Shown in pieces: positions 1 through 11,899 of a stretch of 64,000 bases of DNA. Position numbers and translations under genes: made by a program. The notes beneath the pieces are model-generated. The model ran no database searches and was not told the DNA's origin. It was given only the letters and a program-made list of their open reading frames with translations. The stretch covers positions 53,940,001-54,004,000 of the forward strand of contig NC_047016.1 in NCBI RefSeq assembly GCF_902652985.1, given 5' to 3'. This DNA comes from Pecten maximus (taxonomy: Eukaryota). Position 1 is the stretch's first letter, and every line of letters begins with the position of its first letter.

Positions 1-1928
1 ACACCCATAATTTTATATATTACTAACATAAGTCAATTAGTAACTTACTTCCAGCAAATCAATATCTGATATTTGTGTGTCTTAGTTCAATCTCTTTTGA
101 AACAATTTACAGCAGCATAAGAATTTGAGGAATGCATCTAAAAAAAAAACATTTTTCATTTTTGAAAACATCTTTCAGCTAAAACTCTTGAATGGTTTTA
201 GTTAAAGTGTACTAATCAACAATGATTGGTATTGGTATGGATAAGTCCAACAGGCCTGAATGTTCCTGTTTGTCTCCTTGTGATTATAAATGAAGCGTTT
301 TTGACCAATAATTTAAACATTCAATGTGATGCATTCCAAAATCTGAAAATTCTCATGGGTCAATCAAGCCCCATTTCTTTACCATTTATGGGTAGTTTCT
401 TCAGCTGAATTGGTTTCCCCCGTTCTTAAAAATTCTGATAGAAGTTATAACCTTGCAAAAATTACCCAATTGACTGGTTTATTTTCCCCCATGAAAGCAT
501 TAATTGTCTTTTTATAGCAGTTATTTTGCCAGTGATCTTCAATAATTAGGCCTGTCAACTTCATTTACATTATCTTCATTCAAACAGATTATGAATCCCT
601 TATGCTATGCTTACAAAATATAAATTGGAATCATCTTGAAAAACCTGAAAATCATATGCTTCTGAGATGGGGAACAGCACCCATGGCCCCATGGAACTCA
701 AGTATTTATTCCCCTAAGATATTAAAATGGGTATATATTCCTGTATCATGCGGCATTGCCTTGATACATATTTCTAGTTTCATGAAGTGTCCAAACCATT
801 GGAAAGTACTGTAGCATTCTAACATCAGGAGAAGTTCTGATCATCTCTTTTGAAGATTACTAAAGCTTTCATTATTTATTCACTGATTATTTAATAAATA
901 TAAACTTTATTTAGTTTAAAACAATTGCAAAACAAGTTATATCAACCTATATTAATCACACATATTGGATCAAAGCGTGTATGAGGCCTAACTGTGGGAG
1001 GTAATTTTTACATCACTACACCACGTCAGCAAATTGCGGCGTCCGGGTGTAAGGCTCCAGAGCGTCTTCGTTGCCACTGGTATAAAATACCGAAATGTTT
1101 AATTTTCCTATTCAACTATTTTATCAATCAATCCAATAAGACTTGATAATGTCAAAATATATAATTCCGATAAACTGTGAGATTTAAGTCATTTCGATCG
1201 CGGATTTTGCTGTATATGTTTCATAATCATAATTCGTGGATTGGAGCATAATTTGGTCATACCCGCCTACACTGTGGGCGAATTAGAAAAAAATGAGTGT
1301 TTTTCCTGTCCGTTATCCTTGCAAGTTATAGCTGCCAATTTATCATATATTGTTCCGTGGTCGGCTTATTTTCCTTGAAGGACAGCATTATCACATCAAA
1401 AAAAAAAAAAAGAGAAAAAAATATCTCAACCGTTCTTCCGATCCCGTCTTTTATTCATATTTCATTTTCTATAGAAATTATCGTTGCCCTGGGGGTAAAA
1501 TTTATCGACGCCCAGGTGTAAACACCGGCGCCCGGTCAGTACGATTGAACCCGGTGGTTGTGCGCTTTGCTGTTATTGACATATCGGCACTGCAGCAGAC
1601 TGATTGCGAACAGGCAAAATCTTAATCAACAACAAATTTCCGATAACAAACAAACTAGCAGTACAACTAAAACTAAAAAGAATATAAATAATGTACATTC
1701 TGTCACAAAAATCCACTGCTTCGAGCCAATATTGAACAAGAAGAGCGAAATAAATGTGAGCATACGACCCCATACGGCATAACGCAGTAGACAGTGAATT
1801 TGACATAACAGACATTTCCTGGGTGGATGTTTTCGTAATTTAGAAAAGAATGCCAGCGTGCAAATTGAATAAAATATGTTTTAAAAGTGTATATATTAAC
1901 TTTTTATACAGTTGGCAAGTTGGCTTAC

Positions 1929-1988
1929 CGTTGATGTGTTGGAGTTCTCATTGTTTTTCTTCCGCTCTAATTTGACAGAGAGCGCCAT
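1929..1988 (-). CDS. Candidate first exon of an unidentified gene running off the left edge (MALSVKLERKKNNENSNTST)
   Basis: caATGGCG start and strong donor ACG|gtaagc in a CpG-containing region. No in-frame partner exon found. Confidence 0.25.
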
Positions 1989-2271
1989 TGACTCATGTTG
2001 CCGTATGTATGCTAATTAGCTGTTGTCCTTTCTTCCCTCCAAACAGAAGAGTGCCACAGAAGGGAATAAACCGCGAAACTGACAAAATGGTACTAATATG
2101 AAACACTGTACAACAGGTGCCCGAGATCTTTGCTGTCGTCGATATTTTAACATTCTATATACATATATGACAAGGTAGTTATATATAGGTCTCCGGTTAA
2201 AGGTATTCTTTGTGTAATTATAATTTAAATTAAAGGGGCATGGTAAGCTATAACTTTAAAGAGACGTTATA

Positions 2272-2485
2272 CTGGGCCGTTTTCGTTTTGCGGTCCAAAC
2301 GGTTCGGTGTTGTTTGTTTATGAAATAAAGACGGACCTGGTGATTTTATATTGTTTTCAGACGAGCCTTGACAAAGACTTCCAAGGCCTGTATTAACATT
2401 TTCAGGTCCGTCTAGATATTTGATTGAATTTATTACATTTAAAAACTGACGAACCGGTTTGTCCGCATAAACCAACAGACCCCTG
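2272..2485. mobile_element. ~215-bp MITE, copy 1
   Basis: Imperfect TIRs (ctgggccgttttcgttttgcgg / ccgcataaaccaacagacccctg), TA on both flanks, and a collinear copy at 41990..42213. Confidence 0.75.
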
Positions 2486-3519
2486 TACAAAACTATGGTA
2501 GGATTTTAAATGGTTTCGGTCGATTTTTTTTCTGTTTAAGTACATAGAACCATGATATATCCTAACAAACAAACAAACAAAATCTGTCCGTTTTCATCGA
2601 TTTCTTGTTCCGTATAATGTTTAATGAAAAAAACACGTTAATTTCTTTTACTATCCTCGAGAAATGAAGCTATTGTATATTGAAAATCGGGATCGTTAGG
2701 AATATATAAGTGATCCCGGTTGGCGGAAAGCAGTTGTCTTTATTACGGTTGTGAGAGTGAAAACAAAACAATTCAAGGTATTTTCAGATTCATTTGATAT
2801 ACATGTACTTTTTCACGTCGTATATCGTATGTAGACCCTGACTTTAAATTGACATCCTGGTTAATCACAAACTACGTACTTACGTTGCCGTAGAAATCTA
2901 TTTTCTAGTGATAGGGGTGATCTCATCAGACGTCAATGATAGACTCTTTATTTAGCAAGCGACGTCGACTTTGATGGAGTTTTATACTGGGTCGTGAATT
3001 GGGTACAATATATAAAGATATGACTTTTGATGAACGAGCAGACGACATAGGGCATACGTTCAATGTCACCTTGGATACGCTATATAGGTAATACATGCTG
3101 TACCCGTAACGTGATACATGAAGTCCTAGTCTTGTGTCCATCAACCCGATGACTACAATGTCTTCCTGTATCGAGTGAATGCCATTAAAATGCTAAATTT
3201 ACGTTCAGTTTTATGTGGTTAAATTCGTATTGGGATATCATATTTAACAAATTAATAATAATAATAAAAAAATATGCTGTGTAATTAAACGCCACTAACA
3301 ATAAATGGAACTTAATTTAATGCAAACTTTGTTTATTTTACAATTCTTAGGCGACAGGCGGTTATGTCTCTGTGCTATCCGACCACTGCACGACCAGTTT
3401 GTATGAACAAGGGGACTATAACACACTTCATTCTTTTTGTAACATTGGATAATAATTAATGCGGATTTTATGTTATCTTCTTCATTTCACTTTAACAGAT
3501 CCGTACGTATTAATATATA

Positions 3520-4225
3520 AAGTGACGTGCCAAAAGTCTTCCACGTTTTTATCATTTGTCTATATTTTCTTTTGTATTTCGAACTTTTTTAAAAGAAATT
3601 TTACGACTTTGATAATTGATCAGTTTTAATGAAATTCTGTGTACTTATAGAGAATTATTTCCTGTTCCATCTCATTTTCACCGTTTTCTGTTGTGCATGA
3701 CTAGAGAAATCATAATTTATTTACACCATCCATTTTTTGGGACGCCATTTTGACGTCATTTTGGTAGCACTATGCACTATGCCGCGGTGGCCGAGTGGTT
3801 AAGGTGTCCCGACACTTTAACACTAGCCCTCCACCTCTGGGTTGCGAGTTCGAAACCTACGTGGGGCAGTTGCCAGGTACTGACCGTAGGCCGGTGGTAA
3901 GTTCTCCGGGTACTCCGGCTTTCCTCCACCTCTAGAACCTGGCACGTCCTTAAATGACCCTGGCTGTTAATAGGACGTTAAACAAAAACAAACAAACAAT
4001 GTAGAAAAATGGCGTCGCACTGAAATTAGCAGTGTATAGATAATTCTGTATAACTCCAGAAATGCACAACGGGAAATTAAACAAATATCACGAGCAGAAA
4101 CCTTGATGATTTGTACCCAATAATCAAAAAGTCAAAATTTATAATGGAAACTGCAGATGGAGTAATGTGGAACATCAAAATAGAATATGTTCAAACTGTG
4201 ATATATTCGTGCAATGAGTGACGAA
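3520..4225. mobile_element. Old fold-back (long imperfect inverted repeat) element with the SINE inserted at its centre
   Basis: Left-arm motifs (aaattttacgactttgataattg, ctgttgtgcat, gacgccatttt) are mirrored in reverse order in the right arm (aaaatggcgtc, atgcacaacgg, caataatcaaaaagtcaaaattt). Confidence 0.6.
3781..3999 (+). mobile_element. tRNA-derived SINE (V-domain-like core)
   Basis: A box TGGCCGAGTGG, B box GTTCGAAAC, core ttctccgggtactccggctttcctcc and an (aaac)n tail. Second copy at 24988. Confidence 0.85.
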
Positions 4226-5617
4226 TTTCATTATTTGTTACAATGTCCATTTTTTGCTAACGAAAGAAAGTTATTTTTCGAAAAAAAATATTATTCATGG
4301 CCAAATATTAAGTTTTCAGACCTAATTAATACTTAAAATATCAAAGTATTCACGTACACTTGTAATCTGCGCAAGTTGTTCTCCTGTGTATTATATTGAG
4401 GTCAATGTCAGATTGAAACGTACGGGACCTTGTTTAAAAGAAACCCTTGAAATTGATGTGGTAAGATTTGATGTGTTCGTCCCCTAATTTTGTTCCAACT
4501 TTTCATGACGTATGATGGCACCAGTTCTGAATTCGCAAGAAATGTAAATCTTTTACATTGTATGCTACACTTGTATATATCCAAAATAAATCAAACCCAT
4601 TTATCACGGGAACAGTCCGGACCATCCTTTCTCATTTTAACTTTTATTTTGTCTCTTATTTTAAATGTATTTACTCATTATTGATTTCCATGATTTTGGT
4701 TCCTCTGTAGCATAGAGTTAGTGTATAGATGTCTCCACCTATTACTAGCTTTTGTCTCATCAACTAAAGCCATTGTTCTGTCAGCCTGGTACAACTCGTC
4801 ATACACTGTCTGATCTAAATTGTTCTAACATTATATACAAGCTTTCCAGAGTTAGCTCCCTTGATCCCAGACCGATGTTTTGAAAAAGTATACATTGTAC
4901 CATAAGTGTTTAGCAAATTTATAAGTCCAAGGCCAATTATAAACTAATATATAGAGAGACAATATTGTCGGTCTTGGACTTAAACACGTGCTAAGCACCT
5001 ATGATTGTACCTATATAAAAACAAAACTAATATAAACAAATATATCATTTAATAAATAACGTGCATCATAAGAGAATCATTTGTAAGACATTTATGTCAA
5101 TAAAGTGTTACTGTTACAGATGCTGGGCGTGTTCGTTATGGTAGGCTAGTCTGTATATATCCATAGCACCAGTGACTGAGCCTTAAAGGAGAAAACGCCA
5201 GAGAAACTGCTATTATAATAAACAAAGATGTTTCTTAATCATAACAAAGAAATTAACTCATTATATTGCACGATCTGGTTAAGATATTAATCCGATGTAC
5301 CTAAGCGTTATCTGCCGGAGACTTAAGTAATGTTTTTAATATATAATGTGATAACTTCTCATAGAAAAATTATACACATATAAGAAATTAGTCTCGTAAA
5401 AATCAGAATATTTTGATTTTGTCTTGCATTGTATTTCCTGATCAGAAATGTACGTGACGCCATTTTGTTTGGTGGTTCGTCATGTACGACAGTTACTAGC
5501 TCTTTGTGGTTGTTTATGAAGCAGAACAATTTCTGCGTATATATGTGTTTCGGATAAAATGATAGACATACCCAAGATACTGATAGGGTTTCTGAATTTT
5601 TTGGACCCTTTGATGTT

Positions 5618-6360
5618 TTAGCAATCGAAAAAGTGGAATTTACATTGGAATATAGATTTATCGGCTTTACACATATCGAAGTAAAGATTATTTGAATTGT
5701 TTTGGTCTTCCCAAGTATATACCGTGACGGTGTCGTCCATAAAGCTCTCACCACAATAGTGTAACTCAACTCTATGTAGACCTCTCGCCAAATTGTCGTC
5801 AAAGTGTTTCAAGTCGCCTTTACGTGACGAATAGTGTGCCGCGTCGACGACGAATCTAGCGTACGACGCCCAGTTTGTGTGACAATAAGCATCTGTATCA
5901 CTCCAGGCCACGTGACATTCATATACACTAGCACAGTCTGGACGCGTCAGTTTGTCAAATTTCAGAGACACATACTTTTTCGCGGACTCCGCGTATTTTT
6001 CCCGCCACCAATCCGGAAGTGGTTTCGGTCGCCGGGTCGCTTTGTCGATGCTAACAACCTGAGTAATATTTGAAGCTAATAACACCTTTTCTGTCGAATC
6101 ATACATGTTTGTGATAGTGTTTAATGACGAGCTGCCAATGTATCCGCCAATGACATGCATTCGAAGTGGTGTTTTTTTAATGGAAAAGTCGTAAAGTTCT
6201 TTGTAGAATGTGATCTCCGACGATACCATGAATGTCATCCGATCACTGGTCATTTTTGAAAAATCTCTGAATGTTCTGCCTTCTTGGTCCAGAGGGTGGG
6301 AATAAGCGAAGAATCTGGCCGCTCCCATCAGCTTCATCATCTGCCAGAGTTTAGGTTGAC
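5618..6360 (-). CDS. Thioesterase-like gene A (double hotdog fold, acyl-ACP/acyl-CoA thioesterase-like), last coding exon
   Basis: Open frame with acceptor tatttttcag|GT CAA CCT at 6361/6360 and stop TAA at 5618. Motif SDTDAYCHTNWASYARF resembles the D-x-D-x-N-x-H-V-N-N-x-x-Y motif of hotdog thioesterases. Collinear with paralog exon 13143..13879. ORF-track residues upstream of GQPK are intronic. Confidence 0.85.
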
Positions 6361-6654
6361 CTGAAAAATAAGTGGAACCGTTATATGAACACAACCGTGT
6401 TATACCAATATACAATATATATTGTGACCACCAATATCCTAAATCATTGTCCGTATTCTGTTTCATTGCATAAGAATTAGCATCATCGTTAGCCAAGACT
6501 TCTGATTACGTTACACTCAACGAACAGTCTAACGTAATTTCCGCTACTCGAACATTTATCAAAATGTGTGTCTATTACACAACAACCGGCTTCGAGTGTT
6601 TTTTTGTTGTTTTTTTTACTTGTATGCTTGATACCGGTATATATGGGCTTACTT

Positions 6655-7520
6655 TGGTACAACTTACCATTGACGTCATAGTCATCAGAATCCATGCCCG
6701 ACTTACCATTGACGTCATAGTCATCATAATCCATGCCTGACTTACCATTGGCGTCATAGTCATCAGAATCCATGCCCGACTTATCATTGACGTCATTAGT
6801 CATCGGAATCCATGCCCGATTTATCATTGACGTCATTAGTCATCGGAATCCATGCCCGACTTATCATTGGTAAAAACTTATCATTGACGTCATTAGCCAT
6901 CGGAATCCATGCCCGACTTACCATTGACGTCATAGTCATCGGAATCCATGCCCGACTTACCATTGACGTCATAGTCATCAGAATCCATGCCCGACTTATC
7001 ATTGACGTCATAGTCATCAGAATCCATGCCCGACTTATCATTGACGTCATTAGTCATCGGAATCCATGATCGACTTATCATTGACGTCATTAGTCATCGG
7101 AATCCATGCTCGACTTACTATTGACGTCATAGTCATCAGAATCCATGCCCGACTTATCATTGACGTCATTAGTCATCGGAATCCATGCCCGACTTACCAT
7201 TGACGTCATAGTCATCAGAATCCATGCCCGACTTATCATTGACGTCTTTAGTCATCGGAATCCATGCCCGACTTATCATTGACGTCATTAGTCATCGGAA
7301 TCCATGCCCGACTTACCATTGACGTCATAGTCATCAGAATCCATGCCCGACTTATCATTGACGTCTTTAGTCATCGGAATCCATGCCCGACTTATCATTG
7401 ACGTCATTAGTCATCGGAATCCATGATCGACTTATCATTGACGTCATTAGTCATCGGAATCCATGCCCGACTTATCATTGACGGCATTAGTCACAGAAAC
7501 CATGCCCGGTAGCATTGGTA
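6655..7520. repeat. 39/40-bp minisatellite (~22 copies) derived from the gene A exon-2/intron-2 junction
   Basis: Unit on the minus strand gggcatggattctgatgactatgacgtcaatg|gtaagtc matches the exon end gggtatggtttccggtgactatgacgtcaatg|gtaagtt. Confidence 0.95.
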
Positions 7521-7528
7521 AAACTTAC

Positions 7529-7650
7529 CATTGACGTCATAGTCACCGGAAACCATACCCGGATGTTCGATTACAGCCTTAACCGCATCCCGGTCCTCCG
7601 AGATGAACTTGCAACCAAGGATGTGGACGGACGCTGACTTCCTGATCTCC
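7529..7650 (-). CDS. Thioesterase-like gene A, exon 2 (EIRKSASVHILGCKFISEDRDAVKAVIEHPGMVSGDYDVNG)
   Basis: Acceptor ataattcccag|G and donor AATG|gtaagt. 122 nt, phase 2/1, joins the last exon in frame. Homologous to gene B exon 2 (AVVKHPGLSYGVYDSNG). Confidence 0.85.
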
Positions 7651-8693
7651 CTGGGAATTATAAAAAGTGCAAGTATTTGATGAAAACCAATTCTGATCAT
7701 ATTTTAGAAATCCGTTTGCATTCAATGTTGTGATTCAATAGTCGAGGCCTCTAATTAATATAAATAAATTGTAGTTATGGACAGGGAGTGACATGTTTGT
7801 TTTTATCGACAATTCGGTTCTACTCAGATTTCCATCCCAATGTCATCAATGTTCATTCCAGTGAGTGTGCAGTGGGGCGTGTTAAGCAAGTGATGTAGGG
7901 GGTGTGCCCCTGGAGTTGATTTTTCATTCTGGGTCATCGGAACGTGTCAAGCCCCTGTGCCACCACTTGAGTAGACCTACCTATAGGGGTTCGACACTCC
8001 CATATTTGTTTCCCTAGCTTATCGAGAAGAATGTATTAACCACAGACCACTCATCAGTTGGGTTCATTTGAACACATGCGTCTACATTTTGTAATATTTA
8101 TTGACAGAAATCAGCACTTTTTTTCGAAGGTAAATTAAAAAAGTATAGGAGTCGTTTACACAAATCATGTACAGTTGATTCACGTAATCGGTACTTTAAA
8201 CGCTTGAGATTTTTACTGATTATAATTATAAGCTCTTGTTGAGTATGCGCTCTTCAATACCCAATGTGTATAATGATACATCCGCATATGTCAGACGAGA
8301 TGTTTGTAGAAAAAAAACGAATAATATATATATATTTCCTTTGGTTCTGTAAACTTCAGTGTATATTTCCTTTAGAACTGAAATGCAAATTTGCTTCGCA
8401 TATATATACACATTTGTAAACATATAGATCAGAAACGATCGAGTCTACATCACATCACTCTCAGTCGACCTTGTATGGGCTCCTTATGATCTGTCACGAA
8501 TAATCCTCATCAGAATCTGAACATTATATACTGTAAACTACCCTCTGGGAGAACATAATACTAGAATATAAAAATCTCAGGATACACGTGAATGATATAC
8601 GTACGTGTATTAAAACTATTGATACCCTATACACATTTTTCTATAAAAATAACATTCACAGTGAAACCAATTCTCTCATCGTGACTTACAAAC

Positions 8694-8722
8694 CTCAGTT
8701 TCTCGGCCCTGGCATTATCCAT
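8694..8722 (-). CDS. Thioesterase-like gene A, probable first coding exon (MDNARAEKLR)
   Basis: ATG at 8722 and a phase-2 donor AG|gtttgt, matching the phase of exon 2 and the EKYR junction of gene B. A possible acceptor (gtttgacag) at 8741 suggests a further upstream exon. Confidence 0.6.
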
Positions 8723-9263
8723 ATCTGTCGGTTGTGATTTCTGTCAAACAGAACTTCTGGTGAGCTGGTCAGGTGGCAATGTATGACGGTCTAGATCTGT
8801 AGCCTCATGGATATGGTCCTAGATATTGACCCCTGCACAGTGATGTGGTGTTGATGGAAATTTTAAGTGACGACATTTGTTCCGGATATGACGAATACAC
8901 CAAGACTATAGTAGATAAAAGAGGCGTGTCAAAATGAAGATATTTCAGATATTATCCAGTCCACCTTATCACCATAATTATATGATCCCGATACAATATC
9001 GTAGATAATTAGGACTCTTTTCGTCTGGGTTTCTCGATAGAATTATACATATGCTCTACTTCCATATATTATGAAGTTATAGAAAAAGTTTGATGGTAAA
9101 TAGTGTGTGAATTATAACACCATTCAATTTATTTGGAATGAAAAGAATTACGCAGTCCTTTTAATTACTACGTAATATATTGGTAACTTTGGTTGTGCCG
9201 CCCGGATATATTTAGTGTGTACATTAAATTACCCGGTCACATATTTCACAACAAACGGGCACG
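8723..9263. promoter_or_regulatory. Putative bidirectional promoter between thioesterase genes A and B
   Basis: Only ~540 bp separate the two divergent predicted start codons. Confidence 0.5.
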
Positions 9264-9376
9264 ATGCTACCGGTAGTTTGGAGAAGTACGCTCTTGACGA
9301 AGCGATTACTGAATTACAGAAGTTGTTTACCAGCTCACAAACTTTTGTATTCTACTGATAATGTCGAAAAGTACAG
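9264..9376 (+). CDS. Thioesterase-like gene B, exon 1 (MLPVVWRSTLLTKRLLNYRSCLPAHKLLYSTDNVEKYR), mitochondrial-presequence-like
   Basis: ATG at 9264, open for 37 codons, donor AG|gtacgt in phase 2 matching exon 2. The first 31 aa are rich in R/K/L/S/T with no acidic residues. Confidence 0.75.
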
Positions 9377-9475
9377 GTACGTAAATGAGGCGGAGTATAG
9401 GGTGCAGTGTGTACTCAAAGACACTTGTATCTGGTAACGCCTATGTGTGCATCAGCATATAACGTTATCACACAG

Positions 9476-9552
9476 CACAGGTGCCTGACTCGTTTTTATA
9501 AAATAATAACATATAGAGTACATATTTTATAAAAACGAGTCAGGCACCTGTG
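9476..9552. mobile_element. 77-bp mini inverted-repeat element in gene B intron 1
   Basis: Perfect 30-bp arms cacaggtgcctgactcgtttttataaaata with a 17-nt loop, flanked by a CACACAG direct repeat. Confidence 0.8.
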
Positions 9553-10805
9553 CACACAGTTAGATACACAGGGACACGAAAACTGGTTTCTATGCGAGTA
9601 TAGCTTCTATAATTAGCAAATCTTATTGTATATTACTCGGGAAAATTGTGTCAGCTGGCCCCAAAGTCTGGTGATAATGTAGAATCTAAAATCGTCCAGC
9701 CCTTCTGTTGATGTATAGTGAGTCACTGAGTGGCCTTTGGACTCTGGCGATCGTACTGCCCCGATATGCCTACCTGAAGTGCGCAGCACAGGTGTCTCCG
9801 GTGGCAGGTAGTAAATACAGAGAAGCCGTTTGGAGCATTCAAGATCTGGCGTAATTAGAGCTTGAAACCGAGTATGATGCAGAAGTGATCCAGGATTTTG
9901 ATCTTTTTACATGAGCCTGTATATGGCTGCATATGTTTAAGAATTATTGTGCTAAACCAATTCAAAAAGGGAGTTTGAAACAATATAGTCGGTGATATAA
10001 AATAAACGAAATGCACACCAAGACATGTAGATTGTTTTCCATTGTAATGACCATAGAAGGCTGGTGGGTTTGAGAGTTCAAAAGTAAAAAATCTGATTTG
10101 ATCATGGTCACTTCATATACTTTCCAGAGTTGAGGATTTTTATTAGAAATTACACAAAGTAGTGATCAACATTTGAGAGCATTGTCAAGACATCGTGCAT
10201 TTGAAAACTAACAGAATAAAGTTCGTCGTGTGTAGAATCTCTTGTTTACAATGCATTGTTAAAGTCCAACCTTTGTGACACTCTGTACCTGTTCTAGTCG
10301 CTAGTACACCTCTTAGCAAAGCTAATAACACTAAAATGACTCCTCAACTTTCTTGGTAACCGGCGCCCTGACACATTTAGTTATGCTGTACCTTTCATGA
10401 AAATCTGTGTAAAAATAATGAGTGATCTTGCTCAGTTGATCACAATTTCCCTTTAGCCTTTCCAAGTGGTAGGACGTCAGCCCAGAGAGCGAGCGGTCGC
10501 TAGTTTGAGCCCAGGCAGGGTATTTTAGTAAATTATTTGTATTCTGTAAATGACATTGACCTTTTGGTAGGAATTTCTAAGTCATTGACACTCTACCATT
10601 TCATCTCCGATCAGGGAATTGAACCCCAGACGGCTTTTGAACTAAGAGCAAACTATCCACTACGCCATCCGCGACACTGTTAAGCCTCACATGTATGCTT
10701 GTTTTATCCGGCGAAGTATAACTTTAGCGAAGCCCATTTTTACTGAGGAAGGATTTATTGAATAGATTTATAAATATAACATACTGATTACTGTGTTTGT
10801 TTTAG

Positions 10806-10924
10806 GTCTCTACGGAGGGACGTTTTAATGTCACTGAATTATCACCTCGACCACGTGGACAACGATGTACCGGAGGCTGTGGTCAAACATCCGGGACTCT
10901 CGTATGGCGTCTACGATTCTAATG
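10806..10924 (+). CDS. Thioesterase-like gene B, exon 2
   Basis: Acceptor gtttgttttag|G and donor AATG|gtagga. 119 nt encoding SLRRDVLMSLNYHLDHVDNDVPEAVVKHPGLSYGVYDSNG, homologous to gene A exon 2. Confidence 0.85.
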
Positions 10925-11250
10925 GTAGGACATTCTAACACCAGAGGCCAAAGATAATCCAACTATACTTGTCTGAGAACAGCAGATCTGCAAGATATTT
11001 GTACAGATGATCTCATACAGAACTGCACCACAAAATATACCAGCGCCCATTACCACCATTATTCCTTAACTTTGGAAACTCACTAGGTTCAAAGTCCTAA
11101 AGTATTTTTTTAATTAAGTAAATTCCTTATCCCAAATTTTAAGGAACGTTGGGAAATTCGGGTCCTGGATCTTAAACGACATCTTGTATGGCAAACTTGT
11201 CAACGTTACTGTTTACGGCATCAATACATAGGATTTCAAAGTCAACAAAG

Positions 11251-11720
11251 CAAATAGGTATTTATATGTTGGGGAGAACAACAAATAGGTATTTATATGT
11301 TGGGGAGAACAACAAATAGGTATTTATATGTTGGGGAGAACAACAAATAGGTATTTATACGTTGGGGAGAACAACAAATAGGTATTTATATGTTGGGGAG
11401 AACAACAAATAGGTATTTATACGTTGGGGAGAACAACAAATAGGTATTTATACGTTGGGGAGAACAACAAATAGGTATTTATACGTTGGGGAGAACAACA
11501 AATAGGTATTTATACGTTGGGGATAACAACAAATAGGTATTTATACGTTGGGGAGAACAACAAATAGGTATTTATACGTTGGGGAGAACAACAAATAGGT
11601 ATTTATACGTTGGGGAGAACAACAAATAGGTATTTATACGTTGGGGAGAACAACAAATAGGTATTTATACGTTGGGGAGAACAACAAATAGGTATTTATA
11701 TGTTGGGGAGAGCAACAAAC
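11251..11720. repeat. 31-bp minisatellite (~15 copies), gene B intron 2
   Basis: Unit caaataggtatttatacgttggggagaacaa. Confidence 0.95.
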
Positions 11721-11899
11721 GAGTAATGTTTGATCGCATAATATGGATACCATAGAATGTATAGAGGTCGCAAACAAGTTGTTTTTACTGAAAAGTATAC
11801 AGGCAATCTAAAACGATTTGAATATTCTGGTGGCGAGCTTTATTGTTTTAGTCTTTGACTAAACTGCAAACTTGTACATATTGTCACAATATAACATAG

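Noticed and set aside
49-137. Minus-strand exon-like segment with good acceptor and donor
   Set aside because: Stops in all three frames, so it cannot be supported as an internal coding exon. It may be non-coding.
3781-3865. tRNA gene (also tRNA-like bits at ~10460..10680)
   Set aside because: A/B boxes belong to SINE heads or degenerate fragments. No complete cloverleaf.
6489-7090. Asp-rich repeat ORFs (SGMDSDDYDVNGK) suggesting a shell-matrix-like protein
   Set aside because: Intronic repeat. The 40-bp units shift frame and a stop at 7491 separates it from exon 2.
8485-8520. Hammerhead ribozyme core (CTGATGA on the minus strand; also ~2925 and within the 39-bp repeat)
   Set aside because: No correctly placed GAAA or stems.
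11251-11720. CRISPR-like appearance of regular repeats (also 28480.., 50345..)
   Set aside because: Head-to-tail units with no unique spacers, no cas genes, and a eukaryotic context.
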